DNA from: Thermodesulfobacteriota bacterium
Lineage (GTDB): Bacteria > Desulfobacterota_D > UBA1144 > Nemesobacterales > UBA2774
Length of the DNA: 64,000 bases
Assembly (NCBI GenBank): GCA_963422265.1
Contig: OY729416.1
Coordinates: forward strand, 1,504,001-1,568,000
Direction of reading: 5' to 3'
Shown here: positions 18,571 to 29,405 of the stretch, piece after piece
Numbering within the stretch: position 1 is the stretch's first letter
Layout of the letters: each line of letters opens with the position of its first letter
Program-made: the position numbers and the translations under genes
The notes under the pieces: model-generated
The model's database searches: none
Told to the model about the DNA's origin: nothing
What the model saw: only the letters and a program-made list of their open reading frames with translations

Positions 18571-19761
18571 TTAAATAGGTCCCTTTAGCAGACTATCCCA
18601 ATACCTAATGTGAATTTTGCTCGAATATGAACGCAGCACGAAGTTGCGCAGCGAGGAAATAATTCGACTGTTTGCATAAGCGACCTTACCCATCATGCGC
18701 GACTGATCCTGTATCTTATCTACACGTAGGCGCCTTCTTGACATAAAATTGTCAAAGGCGTAAGTAACGTGCTTAGAGTCAGCCCTACAGAGTTCATCAG
18801 CCAAAACAGACGCAGATTCCATAGACATTGAAACCCCACCACCTGCAGTAGGCAGTATAGCATGAGCGGAGTCTCCGCAAAGAACGACCCTGCCCTTATG
18901 CCATCTATCCATTCTTAAGTCGTAATAATCATCGTGATACACTTCTTTGGGATCATCCAAAGCCCCTAGTATGTCAGGAACTATTCCCTGGAAGTCCTCA
19001 AAATGTTTTCTTAATCTCTCTATCCTGCTTTCAATAGGATCAGATATTCCCTCGGGGGATCTCACGCTTGTAAAAACAGAGAGACGTCCTCTTGTGGGCC
19101 AAATACCCAAAAACTTGCCGGTTCCCCAATACTCGGCTATCTGTGTGGACGAAACAACTTCAGACTTAACCCAAAAACTCCATCCAGTCATACCACTATA
19201 AGTTAGTGGAACGTCTCCAAAAACCATCTGGCGCGTTTTAGAACAAACACCATCACAACCTACTACCAGGTCAAAAGTCCCTTCCCTTCCATCCTTGAAC
19301 TTAACGAAAACCTCGTCGTTATCCTGATTTATCTCCTCTACTGTAGTGTTCATACGCACGTTATCGGGATCAACGGCCTCCCTGAGTACTTTGATCAATT
19401 CCGGTCTGTAAACGCTGATCATCGGGCCATATTTGTCTGTAACTGGAAGAACAGAATATGAGTGAAGCTTTTTACCCTTTTCATTCCATACATTGTAAGT
19501 AGAGAAAGTAAGTCCGACCTCAAGGAGCCTTTTATAAAGACCAAGACCCTTTAGAACACGGCTTCCGGATGGCCAAAGGACAATTATGTATCCAACGTCG
19601 CCATATTCTGGTATTCGTTCGATTAAAGTGGGCTTAAAACCTCTTTGCTGAAGCAAGCCCGCAAGCGTGAGACCGGAAATACCACCCCCGACTATAAGGA
19701 CACGCATTTCTGGACCGTATCTTACGGGTAGCCTGTATTTGTTAGGATTTACAGAACTCAT
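18571..19761 (-). CDS. FAD-dependent monooxygenase (group A, FAD_binding_3)
   Basis: VGGGISG, DLVVGCDG, GDSAHAILPTAGGG fingerprints. Confidence 0.9.
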   Translation of the reverse strand: MSSVNPNKYRLPVRYGPEMRVLIVGGGISGLTLAGLLQQRGFKPTLIERIPEYGDVGYIIVLWPSGSRVLKGLGLYKRLLEVGLTFSTYNVWNEKGKKLHSYSVLPVTDKYGPMISVYRPELIKVLREAVDPDNVRMNTTVEEINQDNDEVFVKFKDGREGTFDLVVGCDGVCSKTRQMVFGDVPLTYSGMTGWSFWVKSEVVSSTQIAEYWGTGKFLGIWPTRGRLSVFTSVRSPEGISDPIESRIERLRKHFEDFQGIVPDILGALDDPKEVYHDDYYDLRMDRWHKGRVVLCGDSAHAILPTAGGGVSMSMESASVLADELCRADSKHVTYAFDNFMSRRRLRVDKIQDQSRMMGKVAYANSRIISSLRNFVLRSYSSKIHIRYWDSLLKGPI

Positions 19762-19992
19762 CTTTTAACCAAAAAACACTCGGGACGGCTTATTATACCA
19801 GACGGCGAAGATAAGTGACAATAGGCATATTAAGACTCTCAGCAAGATCAGTCCATATGCACCATTGTTAAAACGTAATAGAAAAGGGTAAGTAATTACA
19901 GCATTATACGTTTTACGCAAATCGTAGCCACCATGTCCAGTTTGATGCTATACTGAAACTTACAAAGAATCATAAACACTGTTTATTAAAGA

Positions 19993-21147
19993 ATGGCGCA
20001 AGAGCTTAATTTATCAATCCACTACTCCATATCGGAGATAGACAAAGAACTCTATAACGAGATAATAGATTCAGAGAACCCTTTTCTTGAGTATGAATTT
20101 CTTGAGGCATTAGAGAAATCAGGCTCAGTAGGTCCCCTTACAAAGTGGAGCCCAAGGTATATAATACTTAGGGAAGGCAAGAAAATTGTAGGAGCCATTA
20201 CCTGTTACAACAAACTTGATTCCTACGGCGAGTATATATTCGACTGGGACTGGGCAAGGGCGTATGAGAGTGCGTCTATGTCATACTATCCCAAGCTCGT
20301 GGTAGCAATACCTTTCACCCCCGCTACCGGAACGCGAATTTCGGTACATCCGGACTATCCATTCAACAAATGTGCTGAGGCTCTGGTGAAACAACTCATT
20401 TCCCTATCGATTCAAGAGCGGTGCTCATCCGTGCATTTTCTTTTCCCGACAGAAAAAGAGTGCGCGTTTCTTAGTCAATTTGGCTTTCTCTCCAGAAAAA
20501 CGCACCAATATCACTGGAAAAACCGCGACTACAAGACCTTTAATGATTTCCTAGATGACGTTCGTTCAAACAGGAAGAAACAAATCCGTAGAGAAAGAAA
20601 ATCCATTCGGGAGTTAGGGCTCGACATACAAATTATGGAGAAGGATGAAATAAAAACAGAACATATTGATGCCATTTGGACGTTCTATATGGATACGCAC
20701 TTGAGAAAATGGGGAAGCGCTTATTTAAGTAGAAACTTTTTTGATCTTATGCACTCAAACTTCAGGCGAAGGATAGTGCTAGTGATGGCGAAAAATAAAA
20801 ACGGGTGGGTAGGGGGCACTTTCAATATAGTAAAGAACAATAGGTTATTTGGACGTTATTGGGGAACACTATTTAACTACAAGAATCTCCACTTTGAGTG
20901 TTGTTTCTATGGATTAATAGATTACTCTATAAAAAAGGGTATTGATGTTTTTGAGGCTGGTGCGCAGGGAGAACATAAGTTTTTAAGGGGTTTTGCTGCC
21001 GTGCCTACGTATAGTTCCCACTTGATTTTTCACGAGGGGGCAAAAGAGGCCATTAAAAACTACCTAGCACGGGAAACCACTTATACGGAGAATCTGATAG
21101 ATCAATATAACAAGCAGTCCACGCTAAAATATTTATATGGAAAGTAG
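19993..21147 (+). CDS. FemAB-like GNAT protein (DUF482 family)
   Basis: NPFLEYEFLEALE.SG, SYGEYIFDW.WA, YYPKL..AIPFTP.TG, GRYWG, LHFECCFY, FEAGAQGEHK..RGF. Confidence 0.9.
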   Translation: MAQELNLSIHYSISEIDKELYNEIIDSENPFLEYEFLEALEKSGSVGPLTKWSPRYIILREGKKIVGAITCYNKLDSYGEYIFDWDWARAYESASMSYYPKLVVAIPFTPATGTRISVHPDYPFNKCAEALVKQLISLSIQERCSSVHFLFPTEKECAFLSQFGFLSRKTHQYHWKNRDYKTFNDFLDDVRSNRKKQIRRERKSIRELGLDIQIMEKDEIKTEHIDAIWTFYMDTHLRKWGSAYLSRNFFDLMHSNFRRRIVLVMAKNKNGWVGGTFNIVKNNRLFGRYWGTLFNYKNLHFECCFYGLIDYSIKKGIDVFEAGAQGEHKFLRGFAAVPTYSSHLIFHEGAKEAIKNYLARETTYTENLIDQYNKQSTLKYLYGK

Positions 21148-21153
21148 AACACT

Positions 21154-21495
21154 ATGGAAGACAAGATAATTATTCCCGGTGACCTTGAGGGTAATCTTCT
21201 TACAGAGGAGAGTTCCAAGCTAAAGAAGCCTGATATGTATAAGGTTGTCCTTCTTAATGATGATTATACCCCTAGGGATTTCGTCGTATGGGTTTTAGCT
21301 AGGGTGTTTTATAAAGGTCAGGAAGAATCTACAAGAATAATGCTGGAAGCCCACACGACTGGTAGAAGTGCCGTAGGAGTCTATACCCACGATGTTGCAA
21401 CGACTAAGATCGCCCAAGTGCATAAACTTGCTAGGCAATTCGAGCACCCTCTTAGATGCGTACTTGAAGTGGAAAGTGGTGGTGAAGACAAGTGA
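21154..21495 (+). CDS. clpS: ATP-dependent Clp protease adaptor ClpS
   Basis: YKVVLLNDDYTP.DFVV, MLEAH..G, HPL. Confidence 0.95.
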   Translation: MEDKIIIPGDLEGNLLTEESSKLKKPDMYKVVLLNDDYTPRDFVVWVLARVFYKGQEESTRIMLEAHTTGRSAVGVYTHDVATTKIAQVHKLARQFEHPLRCVLEVESGGEDK

Positions 21496-23738
21496 AATTA
21501 TCCAAAAAGCTCGAGGAAACGCTAAAAAGAGCATACAGCCAAGCCACAGCAAGGAAACATGAATTCATTACCTTAGAGCACATACTGCTTGAGCTTACCT
21601 TTGATCCCGACGCGTCTGAGATTTTAGCCGGATGCGGCGTGGATATTAGGGCGCTCCAAGATAAGCTTGATGAGTTTATGAATGAAAACATGCCACCTAT
21701 TGAGTCAGAATACTTACCCGATCCACAATACTCGGCAGGCAGTCAGCTTGTCCTGCGTCTAGCAGCTATGCAGGCAGAATCGGCTGATAAGTCTCAACTC
21801 AATGGCGGCAACATATTGGCTTCAATGTTTAGAGTAGATGAATCTCACGCAGTATATTTACTGCGCCAGCAGGGCATTAACCGATATGACGTAGTGCGTT
21901 ATATTTCACACGGGGCAACGCAACTCTCAAAACAGGATAAATCAGCGAGCGATACTAGAACGGATTTGGATACAGGGCAGAAGCTCAAAGATCCACTAAC
22001 TGAGCACTGCAGTAACCTAGTCCGAAAAGCAAGAGACGGAAAACTTGACCCACTGATTGGGAGAGAGGCGGAGGTTGATCGCACTGTGCATATATTAGCG
22101 AGGAGAAGAAAAAACAATCCGATATTCGTGGGCGACGCAGGCGTGGGTAAAACTGCGATAGTCGAAGGGCTCGCTCTTAGGATTGCGGAGAATAAAGTGC
22201 CACAAGCGTTGTCTAACGCCAACGTTTACGCGCTTGATATAGGTTCGCTTACCGCGGGTACGCGATACAGAGGAGATTTTGAAGAAAGACTAAAAGCAAT
22301 TATAGATAGCGCGAAAAGCAATGGAGAAAACATACTATTTATAGATGAGATTCACACCGTTATAGGTGCGGGTGCCGTATCGGGCGGAAGTTTGGACGCG
22401 TCAAATATGCTGAAACCCGCCTTGGCAAACGGTGAGATCAGATGTATTGGCACCACCACTCTAAAAGAATATAGAAGCGTATTTGAAAAAGACCATGCGC
22501 TTGCTAGAAGGTTTCAAAGGGTCGACGTGCACGAACCAAGCCAAGACGAATCCCTCAAAATCCTTCAGGGACTAAAAAAGCATTATGAAAACTTTCATAA
22601 GGTTAGATACTCAACCCCTGCACTAAGAACCGCCGTGGAACTATCATCAAAGTATATTAATGACCGAAGGCTTCCGGATAAAGCAATTGACCTTATAGAC
22701 GAGGCAGGCGCGGACGTAAAGTTAAGAACCTATAGTACACAGGTTAAGCAAGTAACCGTCAAGGATATAGAAGCCCTTGTCTCCCAGATAGCAAAGATAC
22801 CAACCCGAACCGTTAAAGTTGATGACAAAAACAGGCTTGTGAACCTGTCAGTTGATTTGAAGAAAGTAATTTTTGGACAGGACGGGGCTGTTGAGAAGCT
22901 TGTTACCACAATACAAATGTCACGATCTGGGCTCAGCGATCCTAACAAGCCGGTCGGTAGCTTCATGTTTGCAGGACCAACGGGAGTAGGAAAAACGGAA
23001 CTTGCTAAGCAACTGGCTGAGACGCTCGGAATTGAATTTATCCGTTTTGACATGAGTGAATATATGGAAAAGCACACGGTCTCGCGTCTCATCGGTTCAC
23101 CCCCCGGATACGTGGGATACGAGGAGGGCGGCCAGCTTACCGAAGCCGTCCATCAAAACCCCCATGCCATACTGCTCCTTGACGAGATTGAGAAAGCGCA
23201 CGAGGACGTATATAATGTGCTGCTGCAAGTCATGGATCATGCGTCCTTAACCGACTCAAACGGTAGAAAGGTTGACTTCAGACAGATGGTTTTAATTCTG
23301 ACCACAAACACCGGCTCGCGCGAGAGTAATCAGAGAGCAATGGGATTTGGAAAAGAGGAATATGAGGATAAAAGTGCTCAAGCAATAGAACGATATTTTA
23401 GCCCCGAGTTTAGAAATCGCTTGAACGCAACCCTTCATTTTAACTCCCTAAGTAAAGATGTTGTGGAAAGAATTGTGGATAAGATGATAAGTCAACTTGC
23501 CGAAAGACTCAGAGCTAAAAAGGTAACCATTGAGATAACCCCCAAAGCCAGAACCCACATTGCGGAGAGAGGATACGACAAGCAACTCGGGGCGAGACCG
23601 GTTCAGAGACTCATTGATAGTGAGATTACGCAGAGATTATCACAGGACATTTTATTTGGAGACTTGTCCACCGGCGGTGGAGACGTAAAGATAACCGTTA
23701 AAAACGGCAGGCTTAGATTTGTCTATAATGCAAATTAG
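21492..23738 (+). CDS. clpA: ATP-dependent Clp protease ATP-binding subunit ClpA
   Basis: Clp N-domain and two AAA modules (GDAGVGKT, GPTGVGKT) with no coiled-coil M domain. MGF ClpP-binding loop. Overlaps clpS. Confidence 0.96.
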   Translation: MKLSKKLEETLKRAYSQATARKHEFITLEHILLELTFDPDASEILAGCGVDIRALQDKLDEFMNENMPPIESEYLPDPQYSAGSQLVLRLAAMQAESADKSQLNGGNILASMFRVDESHAVYLLRQQGINRYDVVRYISHGATQLSKQDKSASDTRTDLDTGQKLKDPLTEHCSNLVRKARDGKLDPLIGREAEVDRTVHILARRRKNNPIFVGDAGVGKTAIVEGLALRIAENKVPQALSNANVYALDIGSLTAGTRYRGDFEERLKAIIDSAKSNGENILFIDEIHTVIGAGAVSGGSLDASNMLKPALANGEIRCIGTTTLKEYRSVFEKDHALARRFQRVDVHEPSQDESLKILQGLKKHYENFHKVRYSTPALRTAVELSSKYINDRRLPDKAIDLIDEAGADVKLRTYSTQVKQVTVKDIEALVSQIAKIPTRTVKVDDKNRLVNLSVDLKKVIFGQDGAVEKLVTTIQMSRSGLSDPNKPVGSFMFAGPTGVGKTELAKQLAETLGIEFIRFDMSEYMEKHTVSRLIGSPPGYVGYEEGGQLTEAVHQNPHAILLLDEIEKAHEDVYNVLLQVMDHASLTDSNGRKVDFRQMVLILTTNTGSRESNQRAMGFGKEEYEDKSAQAIERYFSPEFRNRLNATLHFNSLSKDVVERIVDKMISQLAERLRAKKVTIEITPKARTHIAERGYDKQLGARPVQRLIDSEITQRLSQDILFGDLSTGGGDVKITVKNGRLRFVYNAN

Positions 23739-23891
23739 TTGACAGGTAATATGTTATAGAGCCTACCCACTACCCTCAAATATACCCTCACCCCAAAAAA
23801 TGGAGAAAGGAGGGGATATTAAATATGCTCCCCCAACCCTTAAGTGAGACCATGAAATGATTCAAAAAACTGCGAGAGATTTCTCTCTTGT

Positions 23892-24020
23892 GTGGCGAAA
23901 CTTTACGCTTCGGAAACTACTATCTGGGTAACGACAAGAGCAATTCAGATTCACGGAGGTTACGGTTATACTACTGACTTATCCCATCAAAAGATATTTC
24001 AGAGATACAGAGAAACGTAA
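23892..24020 (+). pseudogene. Acyl-CoA dehydrogenase C-terminal fragment
   Basis: VAKLYASETTIWVTTRAIQIHGGYGYTTD / YPIKRYFRD with one frameshift, the canonical ACAD C-terminal motif. No upstream gene body. Confidence 0.75.
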
Positions 24021-24136
24021 TAGTGCAAGAGACCCTGAGGGGGATGTAGCGCGAGGGACATTGAATAGTTTTTTGTTAATCTAGCTTCAATTTATTATGT
24101 TAAAAGCATAACATAGTTTGTATAAACGAGTTTCTG

Positions 24137-25273
24137 ATGCTAGAACGGATGAGAATAACACCATCAGTACTAAGATGGGCTAGAGAATACTCTGGTTATT
24201 CAATTGATGAGCTTACAAATATCGTCAGCAATTCTATGCAGATTGGGAAGCTGGTAAATCCTTCCCAACATATAAACAGCTAATAACTTTATCAGAAAAG
24301 TTTAAATGCCCTGTGGCAATCTTTTTCTTTCCTGGACCACCTGAAATTGCATCAATAAAGCATTCGTTTCGAACACTACCTGACGTTGAATTTCAAGCTA
24401 TGCCACGATCGGTTCGTATGCTATTGAGACGTGCCAAAGTGATGCAAATGAATTTGATTGAATTAAATGAGGGAGTTAATCCATCTCAAAACTTCATTAT
24501 CAAAGATATAAGCTTTGACCCAAACCACCCGGTAACTGACGTAGCTAAAGAAATTAGATCGTATTTATCCGTGCCCCTAAGAGAGCAGGTATCTTGGAAC
24601 GACAGGAGTGAGGAATTTAAGAAGTGGCGTAACGTGCGGTATATACGTGCTTAAAGATTCCTTCAAATCTGAAACGTTCTCAGGCTTCTGTCTTTACGAT
24701 GAACAATTTTCTATAATCTATGTGAATAATAGCAATGCGGAAAGCAGGCAAATCTTCACCCTTTTTCATGAGCTAATGTACCTATTATTCCGAACTAGTG
24801 GAGTTGATAAAGTCAGCGATGATTACATAAGCACTCTAACAAGCGAAGAAAGAAGAATTGAAGTTTACTGTAATGAATTTGCCGGAACATTTCTTGTCCC
24901 CGACGAGGATTTTCTGGCGTCAGTCAAAAATAAGGAAATTGATGATGGAACCATAGGTAGTCTGGCTAAGACGTACAGTGTTAGTCGAGAAGTTATTCTT
25001 CGCAAGCACCTCGACCAAAAAAGAATTACCAAGGGATTTTACGAGAAGAAGGTAGAGGAGTGGTCAAGACAAGCGAGAGCTAGTAGTAGTGGTGGTGGCG
25101 ACTACTATCAAACGCAAATAGCATACTTAGGGCGAGCCTACATTGATCTGGCACTAAAAAACTATTATCAGAACAAGATTGATATTGTTCAATTAGGAGA
25201 ATACTTAAATGTGAAAACAAAAAACATCAGCAAATTTGAGGACAAGTTTTTTTCATTAGGAAATGATTATTAA
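24137..25273 (+). pseudogene. XRE-HTH + ImmA/IrrE (M78) metallopeptidase, frameshifted
   Basis: Three frames: MLERMRITPSVLRWAREYSGYS.. / WEAGKSFPTYKQL..FF.. / FSGFCL..IIYVN..RQIFTLFHELMY..EVYCNEFAG.FLVP. The HExxH motif reads HELMY. Confidence 0.8.
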
Positions 25274-25356
25274 TGTATGTGTTTGATACTTCAGTCTTTA
25301 TCATTCTCTTTACTTATTACTATCCTGATCGGTTCCTAATTTTACAACTAGATTAG
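25273..25356 (+). pseudogene. PIN-domain (DUF4411-like) N-terminal fragment
   Basis: TAATG coupling to the upstream gene. MYVFDTSVFI..YYYPDRF matches the DUF4411 start. Truncated after 27 aa. Confidence 0.6.
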
Positions 25357-25419
25357 CTCATACACTCGGCTTGCTTTTTCATTTTTAGTTTGTCGCTCTT
25401 TATCTTTACCAAATAGCCC

Positions 25420-25713
25420 CTACCCATTAACAATATCTAAGAAGCGTCTGTTAATGGGTCCGTCCAGTAGTTCACGGATTTGTTGTAAAACCCCCGTTTC
25501 TAAACGCCAGTGATGATATTTCTCATAGTGCTCTTTGGAAGCCCACTTTTCAATTAGTACCAAATTAGCCGAATCCTCTGAATTGATGCACAGGGTTACG
25601 CCTTCGCAACCTTCAAAACTACGAGTATCAGGGAGCAATTCCGCAAAAAACTCCTCAAACGTGGGCACATTTTCCGCTTTTAATTTAGCATCTACAATAA
25701 TCATTATGCTCAT
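25420..25713 (-). CDS. Antibiotic biosynthesis monooxygenase (ABM) family protein
   Basis: 97 aa with TRSFEGC and LIEKWASKEHYEKY. RBS AAGGAGG upstream. Confidence 0.85.
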   Translation of the reverse strand: MSIMIIVDAKLKAENVPTFEEFFAELLPDTRSFEGCEGVTLCINSEDSANLVLIEKWASKEHYEKYHHWRLETGVLQQIRELLDGPINRRFLDIVNG

Positions 25714-25749
25714 TTTAATTCCTCCTTAGTCTTAAACAACAATTTTATC

Positions 25750-25823
25750 TGGCTGGGGCACAAGGATTTGAACCTTGACTTTCGGATCCAGAGTCCGACG
25801 TACTGCCGTTATACTATGCCCCA
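25750..25823 (-). tRNA. tRNA-Gln(CTG)
   Basis: TGGGGCATAGTATAACGGCAGTAC.TCGGA-CT-CTG-GA-TCCGA..GGTTCAAATCC..GCCCCAGCCA. 74 nt. Confidence 0.95.
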
Positions 25824-25940
25824 TTGAGAGATTTTAGTATTGATAATAATCAGTGTTCAGTCAAGCCCTTTGCCTAACCTAAAGTATTGGATAACTATTT
25901 AGTAATAATGTATATTTTTATATTAGACACGGAAAATACC

Positions 25941-26318
25941 ATGCCGGATAAACGCTCGCGAATACTTGAGACTTTTCAAAGTCAGTACCGGGAAAGAGAA
26001 TATGAGATAAACATATTATGTCCTGAATTTACATGCGTATGTCCAAAAACGGGACAGCCTGATTTTGCCACCATTAATGTAAAATACGTCCCGGACGCGC
26101 TTTGTATAGAACTTAAATCGTTCAAGCTCTATATCTTCTCATACCGTAACGAAGGGGCGTTCCATGAACATGTTACCAATATGATACTTGATGACGTTGT
26201 GGAAGCTTGTAAGCCTATAAGGGCTGAAGTAGTAGGGGATTTTAACGTCCGGGGCGGCATAAAAACGGTAGTCAGAGCAAACTACCACCGAGACGAAGAG
26301 GGAAAAGCAGGCTTCTGA
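25941..26318 (+). CDS. queF: NADPH-dependent preQ0 reductase, type I
   Basis: [34 protein letters not shown]. Start moved to ATG 25941. Confidence 0.95.
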   Translation: MPDKRSRILETFQSQYREREYEINILCPEFTCVCPKTGQPDFATINVKYVPDALCIELKSFKLYIFSYRNEGAFHEHVTNMILDDVVEACKPIRAEVVGDFNVRGGIKTVVRANYHRDEEGKAGF

Positions 26319-26375
26319 CCAATGTTTTCCAATGTCTTATTCAGGCTTTCCAACTAGAAATCATAGGGTAAAAAC

Positions 26376-27185
26376 TTGCTCCCAAAAACTCAAGTTATAA
26401 TAACTGCTTCAATTATAATAGGGATCATCGGAATGGCCGTCGGTGCCCCGCATATATCGCCCCATGAATATGATCAGACTAATTTTCAAAATGCCCTTAG
26501 CAAACCTGATAAGAACCATTTAATGGGAACGGATCAAGAAGGTAGGGATCTGCTGAGCAGAGTTATATATGGATCCAGGGTCTCTATTTCTGTAGCTCTA
26601 GGAACTGCATTCATAGCATTGATAATTGGAACGACATACGGGGCGGTTTCAGGATACATCGGCGGTAAGATTGATGAAGCAATGATGCGCATAGTGGATA
26701 TTTTCTATTCGCTTCCCGACCTGCTTCTAATCGTCCTAATAACGTTGATCATAGGTAGAGGGACGCTGGGCATAGTGCTCGCTTTGGGCCTTACGGCTTG
26801 GATGAGGGTAGCAAGGGTAGTAAGGGGAAGCGTGCTACAGCTTAAAGGGGTAGAATTCATTCAATCCGCAAGAGGTTTAGGAGCCTCTCCTTCGAGGATA
26901 CTAGGCGTTCATATAATTCCTAATATACTAAGTCCCCTTATCATTACGCTAACGTTTTCTGTCCCTTATGCGATACTAGCCGAATCCACTTTGAGTTTCT
27001 TGGGGCTTGGCATCGCCCCACCTGGATCTAGCTGGGGGACGCTCGCAAGCACAGGATGGCAAGGTATGAGGACGTTTCCACACCTGATAGTTTTTCCAAG
27101 CTTGGCTATATTCATTACCGCGTTTTCGTTCAATTTATTAGGAGAGGGTCTTAGAGATATGATTGATCCACAAAGAACCGTATGA
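26376..27185 (+). CDS. oppC: Oligopeptide ABC transporter permease OppC
   Basis: HLMGTDQEGRDLLSRVIYGSRVS, EFIQSARGLGAS, ESTLSFLGLG, GEGLRDMIDP. Confidence 0.9.
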   Translation: MLPKTQVIITASIIIGIIGMAVGAPHISPHEYDQTNFQNALSKPDKNHLMGTDQEGRDLLSRVIYGSRVSISVALGTAFIALIIGTTYGAVSGYIGGKIDEAMMRIVDIFYSLPDLLLIVLITLIIGRGTLGIVLALGLTAWMRVARVVRGSVLQLKGVEFIQSARGLGASPSRILGVHIIPNILSPLIITLTFSVPYAILAESTLSFLGLGIAPPGSSWGTLASTGWQGMRTFPHLIVFPSLAIFITAFSFNLLGEGLRDMIDPQRTV

Positions 27186-27260
27186 TAAATGATCGTCGGA
27201 CTTGTCTCTACGTGCTCACTTATATACACGCCAAACTCGCTGTTGACTTAGCCATTTGTT

Positions 27261-29396
27261 ATGCGACGCATCAACACTAAGCTTTCTTTAGCTTTGCTCT
27301 CCATTTTTATAATAGCGTCTGAGACAGGCGTGGCGCGAGTGATCACTCCTCAAACTGAATCTCAAACTTGCTCTGGATTTGTTTCAGAACTAAATCATAA
27401 ATTCAAGCCGCGGACGCACAGCGAACAAGATGGCGAGGATAAACTTAAGAGGGGTTACTGCCTTATTAAATTGGGACAATTCCAGGAGGGTATATCAAGT
27501 TTGTCCGGCGTTGAAAAAGAACTTCCTTCGGTTGGAGAATACGTAATTTACTATCAAGCCGTGGGTTACGAGAAACTGGGTAACCACTCAAAATCCGAGG
27601 CATTACTTAACAAGATTCTAACTCGGTATCCAAGAAGCGCTCTTAGGAAGAAAGTCCTAGATAGTCTTGCAAGTATTTACATTCAGTTGGGTAATTACGC
27701 CGAAGCGGAAAAGCTACTCAGAGCACTTTACTATGAAATAGGCTCGGCGCGGATCGCAGGGCAATATGGGCTAGGATCAAAGGCGTCCTATCTATACAAG
27801 CTTGGCGAGGTAATGGAAAAACAGCAAAGATACGGCGACGCCCTTGATTTTTATAAAAAAACGTGGATAGAGCATCCAGAAACCAGATTTTCAAATCAAG
27901 CCTATCAATCCGCACAAAACGTAAGCAATCTGCACAGAATCCACTTTCAGCCTACGCAGGCCGATTATCTGAAAAGGGCAAATACCCTTTTTGAGCGCTC
28001 AAGGTGGGGTTTAGCAATTAAGGACTATCAAAAACTCTCGTTACGCCCTAATACCCTAAGTGAGTCTGAGAGAAGCAATGTCCAAACCAAATGGGGAATC
28101 TCAATGGTGCAGATTAAAAGATTAAACGATGCAGATAGGCTTCTAGCGGGTGTAAAATCGCCCGAGGCGCTATTTTGGAGAGGTAAGATAAAAGCTAAAC
28201 AGGGTTTTAACAATAGGGCATCGGAGATTTACTCGCATATACAACTTCTTTACCCTTCAAGCCCACTTGCTGCTGAAGGTCTTTATAAAGCGGCGCGGTT
28301 ATACCAGATAAACGGCAATAGACAGAAAGCCGTAGTGGCCTATAATAGACTTGTTAAAACATATCCTAGAAGCAAATATGCCAAATATGGGACGTGGAAT
28401 CTTGGCTGGATATACTACAGACAGGGCATGTATGGTAGGGCGGACGCTCAGTTTTCAGCGATCTTGGACTCAAGCCTCACGTTTAATTCATCCAGAGCCA
28501 AGTATTGGAAAGCTAGAACCTTAGAAAAACAAGGTAGAAAGGACGAGGCGGGCGTCATATACAGAGAACTAACGGCTTCAGCTAAGCCGAGTTACTATAG
28601 CTTTCTATCTCAAAGAAAAACTGGAAGCTTACCTAGATATGCGGAGGTGGCGACTAGGCTGACCACGATTAGCCCCTCAACAAAACTGCGAAAAGAAAAA
28701 GTGAAGACCTTGATGCGACTTGGAATGCGCGACGACGCTAGGCTTGAGATTAAACAAATGGAGTATGAGGCAAATTTGAAAGAGGAATTTATGGTGGTAA
28801 GTTTGCTCTATTCAGAAGTAGGGGATTATTACAATTCTATAAAAATTGCCCAGAGAGCAGGATTACCTCAAGCCAATGTTCTATCTTTTCCCCTTGCCTA
28901 CAGAGACATAGTCAGCACTTACACTAAAAAATACGGCGTGGACGAGTTGCTTATTTATTCGATCATTCGCGAAGAGAGCAGATTTCAGGAAGATGCAGTC
29001 TCTAGCGCTAAGGCTGTTGGGCTTATGCAGTTGATACCACCTACCGCAAGAATCGTTGCAAAGGATATTGGGATCAAAGGATTTATCCCTAAAATGCTTA
29101 CAATACCAAGGGTCAATATAGAAATGGGCACCTGGTATTTCAGAAAGCTATTGGACGAATTACAAGGGGATGTAGAGCTTGCGCTTGCCGGCTATAATGC
29201 GGGCCCGCGCAAGACTGCTGAGTGGAAAGCAAGATTACACGGTTTGGAGAAGGACGAGTTTATTGAGGAGATCACATTTAGTGAAACAAGAAACTATATC
29301 AAAAGAATTTTGAGAAGTTACGGTGTTTATAAAGCAATATACCGTGACGTCGTCTCCCCAGCGGCAACCGTTGAAACTACGAAAGCTGGAAAGTAG
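27261..29396 (+). CDS. TPR-containing soluble lytic transglycosylase (Slt-like)
   Basis: Signal peptide and TPR-like helices. IIREESRF, AVGLMQL, AGYNAG, ETRNYIKR. Confidence 0.92.
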   Translation: MRRINTKLSLALLSIFIIASETGVARVITPQTESQTCSGFVSELNHKFKPRTHSEQDGEDKLKRGYCLIKLGQFQEGISSLSGVEKELPSVGEYVIYYQAVGYEKLGNHSKSEALLNKILTRYPRSALRKKVLDSLASIYIQLGNYAEAEKLLRALYYEIGSARIAGQYGLGSKASYLYKLGEVMEKQQRYGDALDFYKKTWIEHPETRFSNQAYQSAQNVSNLHRIHFQPTQADYLKRANTLFERSRWGLAIKDYQKLSLRPNTLSESERSNVQTKWGISMVQIKRLNDADRLLAGVKSPEALFWRGKIKAKQGFNNRASEIYSHIQLLYPSSPLAAEGLYKAARLYQINGNRQKAVVAYNRLVKTYPRSKYAKYGTWNLGWIYYRQGMYGRADAQFSAILDSSLTFNSSRAKYWKARTLEKQGRKDEAGVIYRELTASAKPSYYSFLSQRKTGSLPRYAEVATRLTTISPSTKLRKEKVKTLMRLGMRDDARLEIKQMEYEANLKEEFMVVSLLYSEVGDYYNSIKIAQRAGLPQANVLSFPLAYRDIVSTYTKKYGVDELLIYSIIREESRFQEDAVSSAKAVGLMQLIPPTARIVAKDIGIKGFIPKMLTIPRVNIEMGTWYFRKLLDELQGDVELALAGYNAGPRKTAEWKARLHGLEKDEFIEEITFSETRNYIKRILRSYGVYKAIYRDVVSPAATVETTKAGK

Positions 29397-29405
29397 TATC
29401 AGGTG

